Position numbers and translations under genes: made by a program
Notes under the pieces: model-generated
Database searches by the model: none
Told to the model about the DNA's origin: nothing
Seen by the model: the letters and a program-made list of their open reading frames with translations, nothing else
Part shown: piece after piece, positions 37,757-47,059 of the stretch
How positions within the stretch are numbered: the first letter of the stretch is position 1
Layout of the letters: each line of letters begins with the position of its first letter
Source: a virus
Lineage: Duplodnaviria > Caudoviricetes
IMG/VR virus record: IMGVR_UViG_3300029267_003268
Coordinates: 1-53,395 of that record
Length of the DNA: 53,395 bases
Strand: one strand, 5' to 3'

Positions 37757-38204
37757 GAAGCAAACGGCATCAGCTTTGGTAACGGACATAGAGGCTCGGA
37801 TCGCCAACGCGGAAAAGTCATTGAGAGACGCTTACGAAGCACGAGATATCGCAGAAAAACTGACCGACATACCCAGCCCCTTGGCCGCATACGTATTTTT
37901 TGACAAGATTATCATGTCCATTCGCAAGCTGGCGGACCTGCACGTAGCGAGAGAGTACCTGCGCAACGCGCTTGGGTGTTGGGAGGACAAACTTACGCAC
38001 ATCTACGCAGGGTATAGCGATCAAGCCACGGCTGAGTGGCACTCGGAAGAGGTGCCAATCGAGATTCGGTTAACCGTCCCCATAGCAGATTTCCCGAAAG
38101 AGTTGATGGGACCCAACTGCCGCTTCGTTGCGGCAGAGTCCGCAGAGCCAACACCGCGATATCGTTACGTTTGCAACGCGGAGACAGGAGAATCTGATGA
38201 CTGA
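37749..38204 (+). CDS. Hypothetical protein
   Basis: GGAGG RBS, coupled. Confidence 0.65.
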   Translation: MTEKQTASALVTDIEARIANAEKSLRDAYEARDIAEKLTDIPSPLAAYVFFDKIIMSIRKLADLHVAREYLRNALGCWEDKLTHIYAGYSDQATAEWHSEEVPIEIRLTVPIADFPKELMGPNCRFVAAESAEPTPRYRYVCNAETGESDD

Positions 38205-38751
38205 GACGCAAACGGCCACGCTACCCCGCGTCACGGAAGTTCTCAAAAACGCCGGTCTGATCGACACTCGCTGGTTCAGCGACGAGGTGCGCGACCGGGG
38301 CACGGTGGTTCACGCCGCCTGTCAGTATCTTGACGAAGGGACTCTGGACGAATCGACGCTTGATCCGAAGATTGCCGGGTACGTGGAGGGCTACAAGCGA
38401 TGGATACAGTGGAGGCAGGCTACAGGCCAGCGCGAGTGGGACTGGATCGAGGCCCCGCGTCAGGACCCGCAAGGGCGGTATCGCGGTACGCCCGACCGCA
38501 TTCTCACCGTGCGGCCCCGGTGGGTCTGGGACATCAAAACAGGTTGTCACTTCCCCTGGCACGCCCTGCAAACAGCAGCCTACGTCAATATGTTGCCCAA
38601 CCCGTATTCGTATCGGCGGGCCGGGCTCTACCTCAAGGCCGACGGACACTATCAGGTTCGCGAGTATCCCCGCGACGATTACGCTCGCGACCTGTCCGTG
38701 TTTTTGGCCGCAGTAACCTGTACTGAATGGAGGTTACATCATGAGCACTGA
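38197..38751 (+). CDS. PD-(D/E)XK exonuclease (recombination)
   Basis: LPRVTEVL, RGTVVH, GTPDR, DIKTG, LQTAAY. Confidence 0.8.
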   Translation: MTETQTATLPRVTEVLKNAGLIDTRWFSDEVRDRGTVVHAACQYLDEGTLDESTLDPKIAGYVEGYKRWIQWRQATGQREWDWIEAPRQDPQGRYRGTPDRILTVRPRWVWDIKTGCHFPWHALQTAAYVNMLPNPYSYRRAGLYLKADGHYQVREYPRDDYARDLSVFLAAVTCTEWRLHHEH

Positions 38752-39445
38752 GATACAAACCTTGGAGACACCGGAGGTCAAACGAATGGAGCAGACGGCA
38801 CTGGCATGGCCGGACCGCGCCCGTGCCATCACAATCACGGATCAGGACACGTACAACAAGGCCGCGATGGTCCTGGTCGAGATCGTGCGGCTGCGCAAGG
38901 ACATCAAGGCTCATCACAAGCCGATCAAGGATGCCACTAACAAGGCCCACAAGGAGGCGGTAGCGGCTGAGAAGAAGTTGCTGGAGCCCATCGCCCAGGC
39001 CGAGAGCATTATCAAGGGCACTGTGGGCCAATGGGACGCCGAGCAAGAGCGGTTGCGGCTGGCGGAACAGCGCAGGCTGCAAGAGGCCCAACGTAAGGCC
39101 GGCGAAGAAGCCCGGCTGGCCCTGGCCGCCGAGGCCGAAGCCAACGGTGCTACTGACGAGACGGTGGAGGAAATCCTCGATACGCCCGTCGTGCAGCCGG
39201 CCATCGTGGCGAAGCCGACATTCCAGAAGGCCAACGGCGTGAGTCGGCAAGAGCGCTGGGGGGCCGAGGTCGTGGACATCAAGGCGTTGTGCCGCGCCGT
39301 CGCCGACGGGCAAGCGGCACCGACGATGGTGCTACCGAACATGGTGGCCCTGAACAGCATGGCGCGGGCCATGCGCTCAACCTTCAACGTACCCGGCTGC
39401 AAGGCGGTTACGACGACGTCGGTAGCTGTAAGGAGTGCTGTCTGA
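38741..39445 (+). CDS. Coiled-coil protein (recombination module)
   Basis: Long heptad region, C-terminal VPGC. Confidence 0.65.
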   Translation: MSTEIQTLETPEVKRMEQTALAWPDRARAITITDQDTYNKAAMVLVEIVRLRKDIKAHHKPIKDATNKAHKEAVAAEKKLLEPIAQAESIIKGTVGQWDAEQERLRLAEQRRLQEAQRKAGEEARLALAAEAEANGATDETVEEILDTPVVQPAIVAKPTFQKANGVSRQERWGAEVVDIKALCRAVADGQAAPTMVLPNMVALNSMARAMRSTFNVPGCKAVTTTSVAVRSAV

Positions 39446-39624
39446 TGACGATGCGTGACATATTGGACTCGGCGACAGAACGCGAGAAGCAGGTAGTGCA
39501 ACGGACGTTGCGGGCGATGTGGCTGTCGCGCGAGAGAATGCGTCGCCGTCGCCGTAAGGTGGCCGTGGCGCGGGCTATTGAGGAACTCGGTGCCAGTGAC
39601 AGTCAAACAGATATCCTATTGTAA
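39445..39624 (+). CDS. Small basic hypothetical protein
   Basis: TGATG coupling, AAGGAG RBS. Confidence 0.45.
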   Translation: MTMRDILDSATEREKQVVQRTLRAMWLSRERMRRRRRKVAVARAIEELGASDSQTDILL

Positions 39625-39644
39625 GTACAGTGGAGACGAGAACC

Positions 39645-40298
39645 ATGTTGACAGTAAGCGATAAAGGCAACGGCAGCAGCGTGCCACCGCTTGACCCCGG
39701 TATGTATGCAGCCGTGTGCTATGGCATGGTGGATTTGGGAACGGTTCACAGCGAACGGTTCAATACCGATCATCGCAAAATGCTATTGATGTGGGAGATT
39801 CCGTCGGAACGATTGGAGTGGACGGACAAAGAGGGCAACGAGCAGGAAGGTCCGCGTGTGATGAGTAAGCGGTACACCGCCAGTCTGAACGAAAAGGCGC
39901 ACTTGCGGAAGGACCTGCGCTCATGGCGGGGCCGGGACTTCACGCCTGACGATTTGGTAGCGTTTCAAATGCCGACCCTTATCGGTAAGCCCTGCCAGTT
40001 GAATGTCGTCCATGTGGTGTCCAAGACCAACGGCAATACATACGCGAATGTGGATACCGTATTGCCAGCAGCCAAGGGCGTTACGGTTAAGGGCGAACTA
40101 CCGCAGGTGTACTACGGGATCGAGGAGCATGGCGTACAGATTCCCGAGTTGCCGCCGTGGATTGTTACGGAGATTCAGAAATCGCCGGAATACCAGATAA
40201 TCCTGAACGGCGGTTCTCCGATGACTGTGCCGGATGCCGACGACCAAGGACCGGCAGTGCCCGACGAGGCCCGCAACGTCCGTGATATCCCGTTTTGA
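39645..40298 (+). CDS. Putative ssDNA-binding protein
   Basis: GMVDLGT, SLNEKAHLRKDLRSWRG, acidic tail ending DIPF (SSB-like tip). Confidence 0.7.
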   Translation: MLTVSDKGNGSSVPPLDPGMYAAVCYGMVDLGTVHSERFNTDHRKMLLMWEIPSERLEWTDKEGNEQEGPRVMSKRYTASLNEKAHLRKDLRSWRGRDFTPDDLVAFQMPTLIGKPCQLNVVHVVSKTNGNTYANVDTVLPAAKGVTVKGELPQVYYGIEEHGVQIPELPPWIVTEIQKSPEYQIILNGGSPMTVPDADDQGPAVPDEARNVRDIPF

Positions 40299-40609
40299 TG
40301 AGTAGGCAATGCCGGCAATGCGGACGGATCAAGAACGACGATTGCTTTCATCAGTGGAAAGGGGAGCCGTTATTCTACTGTCTCGATTGTATTCGTCAAC
40401 GACTTGAGGACCAGGAAAATGGAGTGGTACGGTCACGTACAGAACGGGCAACTACGGTACACGCCGGAAGTGCAGACTCGCAGGGCACGTTATTTGGGGA
40501 AGCTCAAAGACGGGACCATCGTCAAGGAGCGGCTTGTACGACAGGGCAGTCCGAAAAGCCGGCAACAACTCGGATGCCACTTTGGTTTAGTCGTCGGAAT
40601 GATCCGTGA
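40298..40609 (+). CDS. Zinc-finger hypothetical protein
   Basis: CRQCG...CLDC; overlaps next gene. Confidence 0.4.
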   Translation: MSRQCRQCGRIKNDDCFHQWKGEPLFYCLDCIRQRLEDQENGVVRSRTERATTVHAGSADSQGTLFGEAQRRDHRQGAACTTGQSEKPATTRMPLWFSRRNDP

Positions 40610-40961
40610 CGAACTGGCGGAGAATGGGATCGATTTAGCAACGTTTCTGGCGGCGCTGGCCGGGTACGACGCGCGAGCGACGAACAGTCGGATTGCACCG
40701 GGCATTCCGGTATCGCGCGAGGTCATTGCGGCAGCGCTCTATGCCTATAATGACGTCGGCGATGACGGGGAACGCAAACGAATATCCGAAATGAATACGA
40801 TTGAAATGAGCCGGTTCTTCGAGAACTGCCGCAACGCCGTGGCCCAATGGTCCATCGTGCAGTTGCAGATTCCCGATCCCGACCCGAACTGGAATAGGAA
40901 CACGCAGGCGGTTCGTAACAGGGATGTGTCAGTCGATGCCGAAACCGCAAAGCGATGCTGA
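40419..40961 (+). CDS. NinB/Orf-like recombination protein
   Basis: KSRQQLG..FG.VV, SEMNTIEMSRF, IPDP motifs. Confidence 0.6.
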   Translation: MEWYGHVQNGQLRYTPEVQTRRARYLGKLKDGTIVKERLVRQGSPKSRQQLGCHFGLVVGMIRDELAENGIDLATFLAALAGYDARATNSRIAPGIPVSREVIAAALYAYNDVGDDGERKRISEMNTIEMSRFFENCRNAVAQWSIVQLQIPDPDPNWNRNTQAVRNRDVSVDAETAKRC

Positions 40962-41027
40962 CAAATTGGCCAGGGATGGCCAGCCGCCTGTGTAAGGAGT
41001 AACCGAACCTTTTGAAAGGAGTCTGAA

Positions 41028-41570
41028 ATGACACGATTATGGATGGTAGTAGCGGTATTGATTGCTACGGTGACGGGGGTTGCAGTGGCAGAGGGGGAGT
41101 TAACGTTGGACGCGCACTGGTCCCTTGAAGGGGGAATGGGCCTCGGGGCCACGGGCGAGGACCTGCTGCAAGGACTGGCTCTCTATTGGCCGGACTACGA
41201 AAACGACGGCGCCGCAGGCTTGATTATGCTGGGGGGCGATCAAGCGCCGGAAAATGAGTGCGGCATCGGGCCGGCAGCGGAGTTCCCGCTCGGTCCTGTC
41301 TACGATGCAGCTCTCCACACGATCTTGCCCGATTATATCGCAGATGCTTTCGCCGAGGCAATGGTACCCGTGCGTCCCGTAGGACTGGTCGCTGTCGCGT
41401 TCGACGACAATTTCAAGCCGACGGCGGTGATTGGCACCGGGTTTCACATTTGGCCGAGCAAGCACATTCAGCCGACGGTGCGGACGGAGTATATGAAACC
41501 GGATTCATCGTCGGCCCTGGCGGAAATGGAAGGCATCTGGACCTTCCTTAACGTGGCCGGTTTCTTCTGA
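41028..41570 (+). CDS. Secreted, possibly outer-membrane beta-barrel-like protein
   Basis: Signal peptide ending AVA; C-terminal FLNVAGFF. Confidence 0.55.
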   Translation: MTRLWMVVAVLIATVTGVAVAEGELTLDAHWSLEGGMGLGATGEDLLQGLALYWPDYENDGAAGLIMLGGDQAPENECGIGPAAEFPLGPVYDAALHTILPDYIADAFAEAMVPVRPVGLVAVAFDDNFKPTAVIGTGFHIWPSKHIQPTVRTEYMKPDSSSALAEMEGIWTFLNVAGFF

Positions 41571-41663
41571 TTCTGAATAACCTCCGGCGACCGGGTCGTG
41601 TGTATAGTGCCGCCCCGTGCGATCTCGCGGCCCGGTCTGCTTTTTACCCCGAAAGGGTCTACA

Positions 41664-41909
41664 ATGATACGGCCCCGGTTTTTGGTGGTGAAAAATTTCA
41701 CGATGGACGACGCGCCGTGTTGTGTGTGCGCTTTTCGTGCGACGCTGGCCAAGGCCCGCAAACGGGCGGCGTTGTATCGTCGCAACGAAAAGGCGTCGGC
41801 GCTCGACGTGCTCTCGGCGGCTCGCAGTATGCGGGGGGATGTGGTGGCTGTCAGCATCTATCGCATCGATGAAGGCGGTCGCGTCGTGGAATTCGTCGAG
41901 GGAGTATAG
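41664..41909 (+). CDS. Hypothetical protein
   Basis: Co-oriented, weak RBS. Confidence 0.45.
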   Translation: MIRPRFLVVKNFTMDDAPCCVCAFRATLAKARKRAALYRRNEKASALDVLSAARSMRGDVVAVSIYRIDEGGRVVEFVEGV

Positions 41910-42003
41910 CGTTTTGTGAGTGACGTGGGGCAAAGACAGTTTGTGCCGGAATCCTGGGGCCACATGCCAGGTTGCTTGTTTGCATAACAGATGAAAGGAC
42001 TTG

Positions 42004-42378
42004 ATGATGGCAGAGACAGAGACCCGGATTGCCCGGTTGCCGAAATGGGCACAAGATCACATCTGCCGGTTGGAAAGGCAACGGGAGCGAGCCGTAGCGG
42101 AAATGAACGCGGCACTTGACACGCAATCAGAGAGCCCGATGTACGTAGACGCTCTGGTCCTGGCAGGCGAAACCGGCAAGGGCCCTACGGTGAAGCGGCG
42201 GTACGTACAAGGGCGACAGATCGTGATTGAGTGGCAGGATGTCCGACTCAGTGTGGATTGTCGTGGCGATGGTTTGCGTTTGCAGTGGGAGACTTCTAAT
42301 AGGGGTGTGTCTCGCGTCGCGATGATCCCCGATAGCTTCCAGGCCGCCTACCTGGTCACCCGCGAAAATATGAGATGA
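42004..42378 (+). CDS. Hypothetical protein
   Basis: AAGGA RBS; LPKWAQ motif common in phage proteins. Confidence 0.65.
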   Translation: MMAETETRIARLPKWAQDHICRLERQRERAVAEMNAALDTQSESPMYVDALVLAGETGKGPTVKRRYVQGRQIVIEWQDVRLSVDCRGDGLRLQWETSNRGVSRVAMIPDSFQAAYLVTRENMR

Positions 42379-42390
42379 AAGGAGTCGAAG

Positions 42391-42705
42391 ATGTTCACGA
42401 GAATCAAGCAATGGTTCGGTAACAAGGTATTGACGTGGGCCGCACCCCGGATTGGGATGCGGTTGGGATTGGAACTGCGAGACGAGTTGCGCGATCTGGC
42501 GGTGGGAGCAGACCGGACGCCGGGTAAATTCGACGACACGGGAGTAGCGGTTCTCCGGGGGATCGTAGACGCTGATGTGCGCACGGCGGAGCTATCACGT
42601 TCGCTCACGGCCCTGGCAGACTACATGGCAGAGCGCGCTCGGAAGCGCGAGGGCAAGCTCGACGATGCAATGGTGGTCGTGCTTCGCAGTGCGCTGCACT
42701 GTTAG
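42391..42705 (+). CDS. Hypothetical protein with duplicated GKxDD motif
   Basis: AAGGAG RBS; TPGKFDD and EGKLDD. Confidence 0.6.
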   Translation: MFTRIKQWFGNKVLTWAAPRIGMRLGLELRDELRDLAVGADRTPGKFDDTGVAVLRGIVDADVRTAELSRSLTALADYMAERARKREGKLDDAMVVVLRSALHC

Positions 42706-42717
42706 GGAGGACACGGA

Positions 42718-43023
42718 ATGGCCAGCAGACGTCGAACGGAATCGACGCCACGGAGTCGTGTTAAGAACGCCCTGCGGTTGCTATGGTTGCACAGTCGGGA
42801 GCGGGCGAAGGTTATCAAGGAGTACCGCAATACGTGCGCCGAATGCGGGGTCAAAGGGTCGAAGGCCAAAGGGCGCGTGGTCAAGATTGAGGTCCATCAC
42901 GATCCGCCTATCGGAGACAAATGGGAGAAGGTCATCGATCTGATTTTTGAGGAGATCTTGAACGCGCCGCAATACCCGCTCTGCAAGGAATGTCACGAGA
43001 AAAGGCATAACAAACTACCCTAA
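42718..43023 (+). CDS. HNH endonuclease-like protein
   Basis: CAECG...EVHH...LCKECH. Confidence 0.75.
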   Translation: MASRRRTESTPRSRVKNALRLLWLHSRERAKVIKEYRNTCAECGVKGSKAKGRVVKIEVHHDPPIGDKWEKVIDLIFEEILNAPQYPLCKECHEKRHNKLP

Positions 43024-43044
43024 CTCATTTTACTGTAAGGAGAC

Positions 43045-43323
43045 ATGATTATGGCAGGCGAACAAATGGATTTGATTGACGTCACACCCGAGGAACTCAA
43101 GAAGATCAAGCCGGTGGCGACAAAGTACAAGGCGGCGATGACGCGCCGGACGGAAGCGTTGGCCGAGGAAACACAGCTCAAGGAACAACTGCTCACGATG
43201 GTGAAAGAGGCGGACCTGACCCGCCTGGATGATGGCAGCATCAGGTTCACCTGCGACGGCCTGCTCATCACCGTCACACCACGCGACGAGCTGGTCCGGG
43301 TCAAAGAAACCGACGACGGATAG
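43045..43323 (+). CDS. Hypothetical protein
   Basis: AAGGAG RBS. Confidence 0.7.
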   Translation: MIMAGEQMDLIDVTPEELKKIKPVATKYKAAMTRRTEALAEETQLKEQLLTMVKEADLTRLDDGSIRFTCDGLLITVTPRDELVRVKETDDG

Positions 43324-43346
43324 TTTCATCTCAAAGGAGACAGCTT

Positions 43347-44000
43347 ATGAACATTACACTTGAGTTCACCGAGCCGTTGCTGGGAACGTTGCCGGCGGAC
43401 CCGGACATTGCCAGGGAGTTCATTCTGGCCAATCATCCGACTGGCGTACCGGCGGCGGACGAAGACGCCACGTTGCCGGCGGCGGACGATGTGTTCGAGA
43501 AAAGCATTACGACCTTTGCCCGCGTGGACGGCAAGCCTATCGTGTGGGATTACCAGATCAAGGGGTTCTTCAAAGACGCCTGCCTCGCCATGATCGATAT
43601 GCAGAGCCACACGCAGGATTCGCTCAAGAAGGCCGGTCTCACAAAGTACATGTATAAACGCACCATCGACAACGTGATCTTCCCCCGGCCCCGGTTCATC
43701 GCCTTGGAACAGCCGGACGGGCCTCCCGAATGGCCGAATTGGGAGAGCCTCCCGGAAGGTCCGATGGGATTGAAGCTGTTGCAGCGTCCTCTCCGAAAGG
43801 AAAATCCACGCGGCGGTACGACGTGCCTGGCGACCTCTGAGATTATCCCGCCCGGCACGAAGCTGCAATGTGAGATCTGCATTGGAGCCGACCGCCTGGA
43901 GCCCTACGTCGTCGAATGGCTCGACTACGGGGCTCTCAAAGGCTTGGGGCAGTGGCGAAATGCCAGTTACGGACGGTTCGCATGGTCCGCGCGAGCGTGA
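43347..44000 (+). CDS. Stand-alone Cas7/RAMP-superfamily-like protein
   Basis: ITLEFTEPLLGT, YQIKGFFKDA, SEIIPPGTKLQCEI, C-terminal G-rich loop GLGQWRNASYGRF in RAMP order. Confidence 0.75.
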   Translation: MNITLEFTEPLLGTLPADPDIAREFILANHPTGVPAADEDATLPAADDVFEKSITTFARVDGKPIVWDYQIKGFFKDACLAMIDMQSHTQDSLKKAGLTKYMYKRTIDNVIFPRPRFIALEQPDGPPEWPNWESLPEGPMGLKLLQRPLRKENPRGGTTCLATSEIIPPGTKLQCEICIGADRLEPYVVEWLDYGALKGLGQWRNASYGRFAWSARA

Positions 44001-44481
44001 GCAAAGGCACAGCCCAGCACAGCAAAGCAAAGGCAAGGCTGCGCGATGCGGGGCAACGGCAAAGCGCTGCATGGCTCCGCTAAGGCAAGGCGCGGCATGG
44101 TGCGGCGATGCAAGGGCAAGGCAAAGCGAAGCGCAGCCTAGCAAAGGCAAAGCAAAGCGCCGCGCCGCGAAGGCGGGGCATAGCGAAGCACAGCGAAGCA
44201 AAGGCATGGTTAGGCATGGTTAGGCATAGCGAAGGCACAGCAAGGCACCGCTTAGCTCCGCTACGCAAAGGCAAAGCGAAGCGAGGCTAAGGCCAAGTGT
44301 AGCCGCGCGCTGCTAAGGCGGAGCGTCGTTGCGCAACGCAAAGGCAAAGTATAGCCAGGCGCAGCAAAGGCAAAGTACAGTAACGTTTGGCACAGCAACG
44401 GCAAGGCGTGGCAACGCGCGGCGCCGCAAAGGCAAGGCTCAGTATGGCACAGCAGAGCAAAGCAAAGGCACAGCATTGTAA
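44000..44481 (+). repeat. 5-nt periodic (NGY-NN) array segmented by 17 GCNANGGC delimiters; putative guide-RNA array
   Basis: Delimiter spacings all 5n+1 (21-36 nt); GC/GT every 5 nt; no convincing ORF. Confidence 0.85.
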
Positions 44482-44512
44482 CGACGTTTGAAAATACGCA
44501 TGGAGGCCGTCG

Positions 44513-45358
44513 ATGTACGGTAAAATCTTCGCTGAAATCTTCGATTCGAGTTTGCAAGGCGAATGTGACGGCATCGCCATGTTTGTCTTTATGAGCATGA
44601 TTGTCCTGGCGGACAAGGACGGCTATGTCCGCGTGGACGAGCTGAATTTCTATCGCAAGCTCGGCTTGCCGTGGGGCGACCCCGACGGCATTGACAAGTG
44701 GGCTCTACGTCGTTTCCGGGAAGCAATCGACCTATTGGCGGCCCCCGACGAAAACAGCAATATCGCCAAGGAGGGCGGCCGTCGCATCATTCCGCTATCT
44801 GAGTTGACTGGCGGCGAAGAAAATCGGGGCTGGTGGATCGTGAACTATGAGCATTACTGCCACAAGGCGAGCGAGGCCAAAATCCGAGCCCAAACACGAA
44901 AACGGGTTCAACGGCACCGGCAAAAACAGACGGAAACTATGCAAAAGTGTAACGCACCCGTAACGCAGTGTAACGAAAAACCTCGACATATAGATATACC
45001 TGTAAATATAGATAATATAGCGCAAGCTGCGCTTGCTTGTGCAGGCGATGAGTCTTTTGCACAGTTTTGGGATGCATATCCGAAGAAGCGCAGCAAGAAG
45101 GATGCACAAAAAGCATGGCGCAAGCTCAAACCTGATGACGCCCTCTTCCGGACGATCATGGACGCCGTGGCCTTCTGGAAGCAAACGCCAGATTGGATGA
45201 AAGAGAAAGGCGCCTACGTGCCGTTGCCGGCGACGTGGCTGCGTGGTGAGCGATGGACAGATGAACGCCCCGAACTGCCGCCGCCAAAGAAGGATATTCG
45301 CGAGACAATGCACGACTTCTTTGCCAAGCACCCGGAGTATGACGATGACCAAACTTGA
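44513..45358 (+). CDS. Phage replication initiator
   Basis: MYGKIF..IFDSSL N-terminus, RKRVQRHR linker, FAQFWDAYPKK..KKDAQKAW, PATWLRGERWTD. Confidence 0.8.
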   Translation: MYGKIFAEIFDSSLQGECDGIAMFVFMSMIVLADKDGYVRVDELNFYRKLGLPWGDPDGIDKWALRRFREAIDLLAAPDENSNIAKEGGRRIIPLSELTGGEENRGWWIVNYEHYCHKASEAKIRAQTRKRVQRHRQKQTETMQKCNAPVTQCNEKPRHIDIPVNIDNIAQAALACAGDESFAQFWDAYPKKRSKKDAQKAWRKLKPDDALFRTIMDAVAFWKQTPDWMKEKGAYVPLPATWLRGERWTDERPELPPPKKDIRETMHDFFAKHPEYDDDQT

Positions 45359-46016
45359 GTTCGAGGAATTCTTTTTGAACGACCTGAAAGGACGTTGGCC
45401 CAAATGGGATCCCACACCGGCCATGCTGGAAGATTGGTTCTCTATTCTCCGCTACCACACGCCCGACGTAGCCAAGCAGGCCATCCAAGAGCACCGCCTG
45501 GGCGATAAGAGCACGCGATGGGAGCCGCAGCTTCGCGACGTCAAGAAGCGGCTCTGGCAGCTCTCGAAGCGCGCTGGTAGCGATGACGTGCTCGGTACGA
45601 CGTATTTCGCCTACGTGCGGTGTCTTGAGCCGCCGGCAGGTCATCCCGAATGGCAGGACGAAGAATGGCTATCGCTGGAGCGGTTCGAACGGTCCCGCGC
45701 CACCGATAAGAGATACGTCGCCAGCTATGCCGAGCGGCGGGCGGCGGCGGTGCAGCAGGAAGAGGGCGGTCGGTGGTGCGGTGTCGTGCGCCCGGACGGC
45801 CAAATGCCGCCGGGGTTTCCGACGCTGGAGAAGGAGGAGGCGAGGCAGTGCGTCGAACAACATTGCCGCAACGGACCCAATACCGCCGCCCGGCGTTATT
45901 TGCTGGGCGCTTCCGGTAGCATGAGGCCCGTATTGAAAACGGTTGAGAGCGTCGCGAAAAGAGAGATAGACAAGGCGGCGGACGAACTTAACGAGGACCG
46001 ATGGGAGTTTGGATGA
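45345..46016 (+). CDS. Putative helicase loader / replication accessory protein
   Basis: Follows initiator; MTKLEFEEF..L..RWP, AIQEH. Confidence 0.5.
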   Translation: MTKLEFEEFFLNDLKGRWPKWDPTPAMLEDWFSILRYHTPDVAKQAIQEHRLGDKSTRWEPQLRDVKKRLWQLSKRAGSDDVLGTTYFAYVRCLEPPAGHPEWQDEEWLSLERFERSRATDKRYVASYAERRAAAVQQEEGGRWCGVVRPDGQMPPGFPTLEKEEARQCVEQHCRNGPNTAARRYLLGASGSMRPVLKTVESVAKREIDKAADELNEDRWEFG

Positions 46017-46603
46017 GCAAATCGAAAATCATCCTGGATCTGTGCGGTGGCACCGGGGCTTGGTCGCAGCCGTACCGCGATGCCGGCTACGACGTGCGGC
46101 TGGTGACGTTGCCGGATGCCGACGTTCGGTTGCGAATGCCCATTGGCAACGTTCACGGCGTTCTGGCGGTACCACCCTGTACGCACCTGGCGGCGTCAGG
46201 AGCCCGCTGGTGGAAGGACAAGGGGCGGCAACCGCTATTGGATGCGTTGGCGGTTGCTGACGCCTGTATGCGAATTGTGGCCGTTGAGCAACCGGCATGG
46301 TGGGCGCTCGAAAACCCGGTGGGGAGATTACGCCACTACTACGGAGACCCGGCTTTCGACTTCCATCCCTGGGAGTTCGGCGATCCCTACACCAAGAGAA
46401 CGTATCTGTGGGGAAAGTTTACTGCGCCGCAGCGGCAACCGTGCGAGCCGGAAATCACGGACCATAAAAAGTTCACGCTCAGAGACATGCACAGGCTGTT
46501 TCCGTCCCGGATGCACTTGCTCCCGGCCGGACCAGACCGGGCCCGCTATCCTTCAATCACTCCCCCCGGCTTCGCACAGGCATTTTTCAAGGCGAACCCA
46601 TGA
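46013..46603 (+). CDS. Short C5-cytosine methyltransferase-like protein
   Basis: ILDLCGGTG, PPCT, ENPVG motifs. Confidence 0.75.
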   Translation: MSKSKIILDLCGGTGAWSQPYRDAGYDVRLVTLPDADVRLRMPIGNVHGVLAVPPCTHLAASGARWWKDKGRQPLLDALAVADACMRIVAVEQPAWWALENPVGRLRHYYGDPAFDFHPWEFGDPYTKRTYLWGKFTAPQRQPCEPEITDHKKFTLRDMHRLFPSRMHLLPAGPDRARYPSITPPGFAQAFFKANP

Positions 46604-47058
46604 TGAAAGAAAGGACTGACATGAAATCACGGCGAACGGTAGGCATCAAGCAGGAGAGGATGAGCGACTGCGTGCCGGCGGTTGCCGCAATGGCGACGGG
46701 AACGACGCTGGCTGAGGCGACGGGTGAAATGCGCGAGCATCCCGACGGCGGCTACGATGACCTGGAATTATTGCTGTACTGCGCCCGTCGTGGATTTCTC
46801 GCCGGAGCCTTGCAATGGGATGTGGATGACCGAGGGGGCGAGGCCATGCTGCTGCCGCTGAATCACCCGGCCTATGTGGTAGTCAAATCTGAGCGGCTGG
46901 AAGGAAAGCTACACGCTATCTATTGGGACGGCAAGCAAGTCTGGGACCCCAACCCGGACGCCAAAGACGGCCGACCCCTGTCCGAATACGATAAGGAAAT
47001 ATGGTGGCCTATCGTGCAATCCAAAGACGCGCCGGCACTGGCGGTAGAAAGGACCTGA
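46600..47058 (+). CDS. Putative papain-like (C39-like) peptidase domain protein
   Basis: Q...SDCVPAVAAM, HAIYWDG, VWDP (Cys-His-Asp). Confidence 0.55.
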   Translation: MMKERTDMKSRRTVGIKQERMSDCVPAVAAMATGTTLAEATGEMREHPDGGYDDLELLLYCARRGFLAGALQWDVDDRGGEAMLLPLNHPAYVVVKSERLEGKLHAIYWDGKQVWDPNPDAKDGRPLSEYDKEIWWPIVQSKDAPALAVERT

Positions 47059-47059
47059 C

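Noticed and set aside
38197-38751. Cas4 partner for the RAMP-like gene
   Set aside because: Lacks the four-Cys Fe-S motif and sits in a standard recombination module about 4.6 kb away
44000-44481. Canonical CRISPR array, or the short Ala/Arg/Lys- and Leu/Cys-rich ORFs over the array
   Set aside because: No identical 23-47 bp repeats with unique spacers; a 5-nt period conflicts with codon structure, so the ORFs look like shadows
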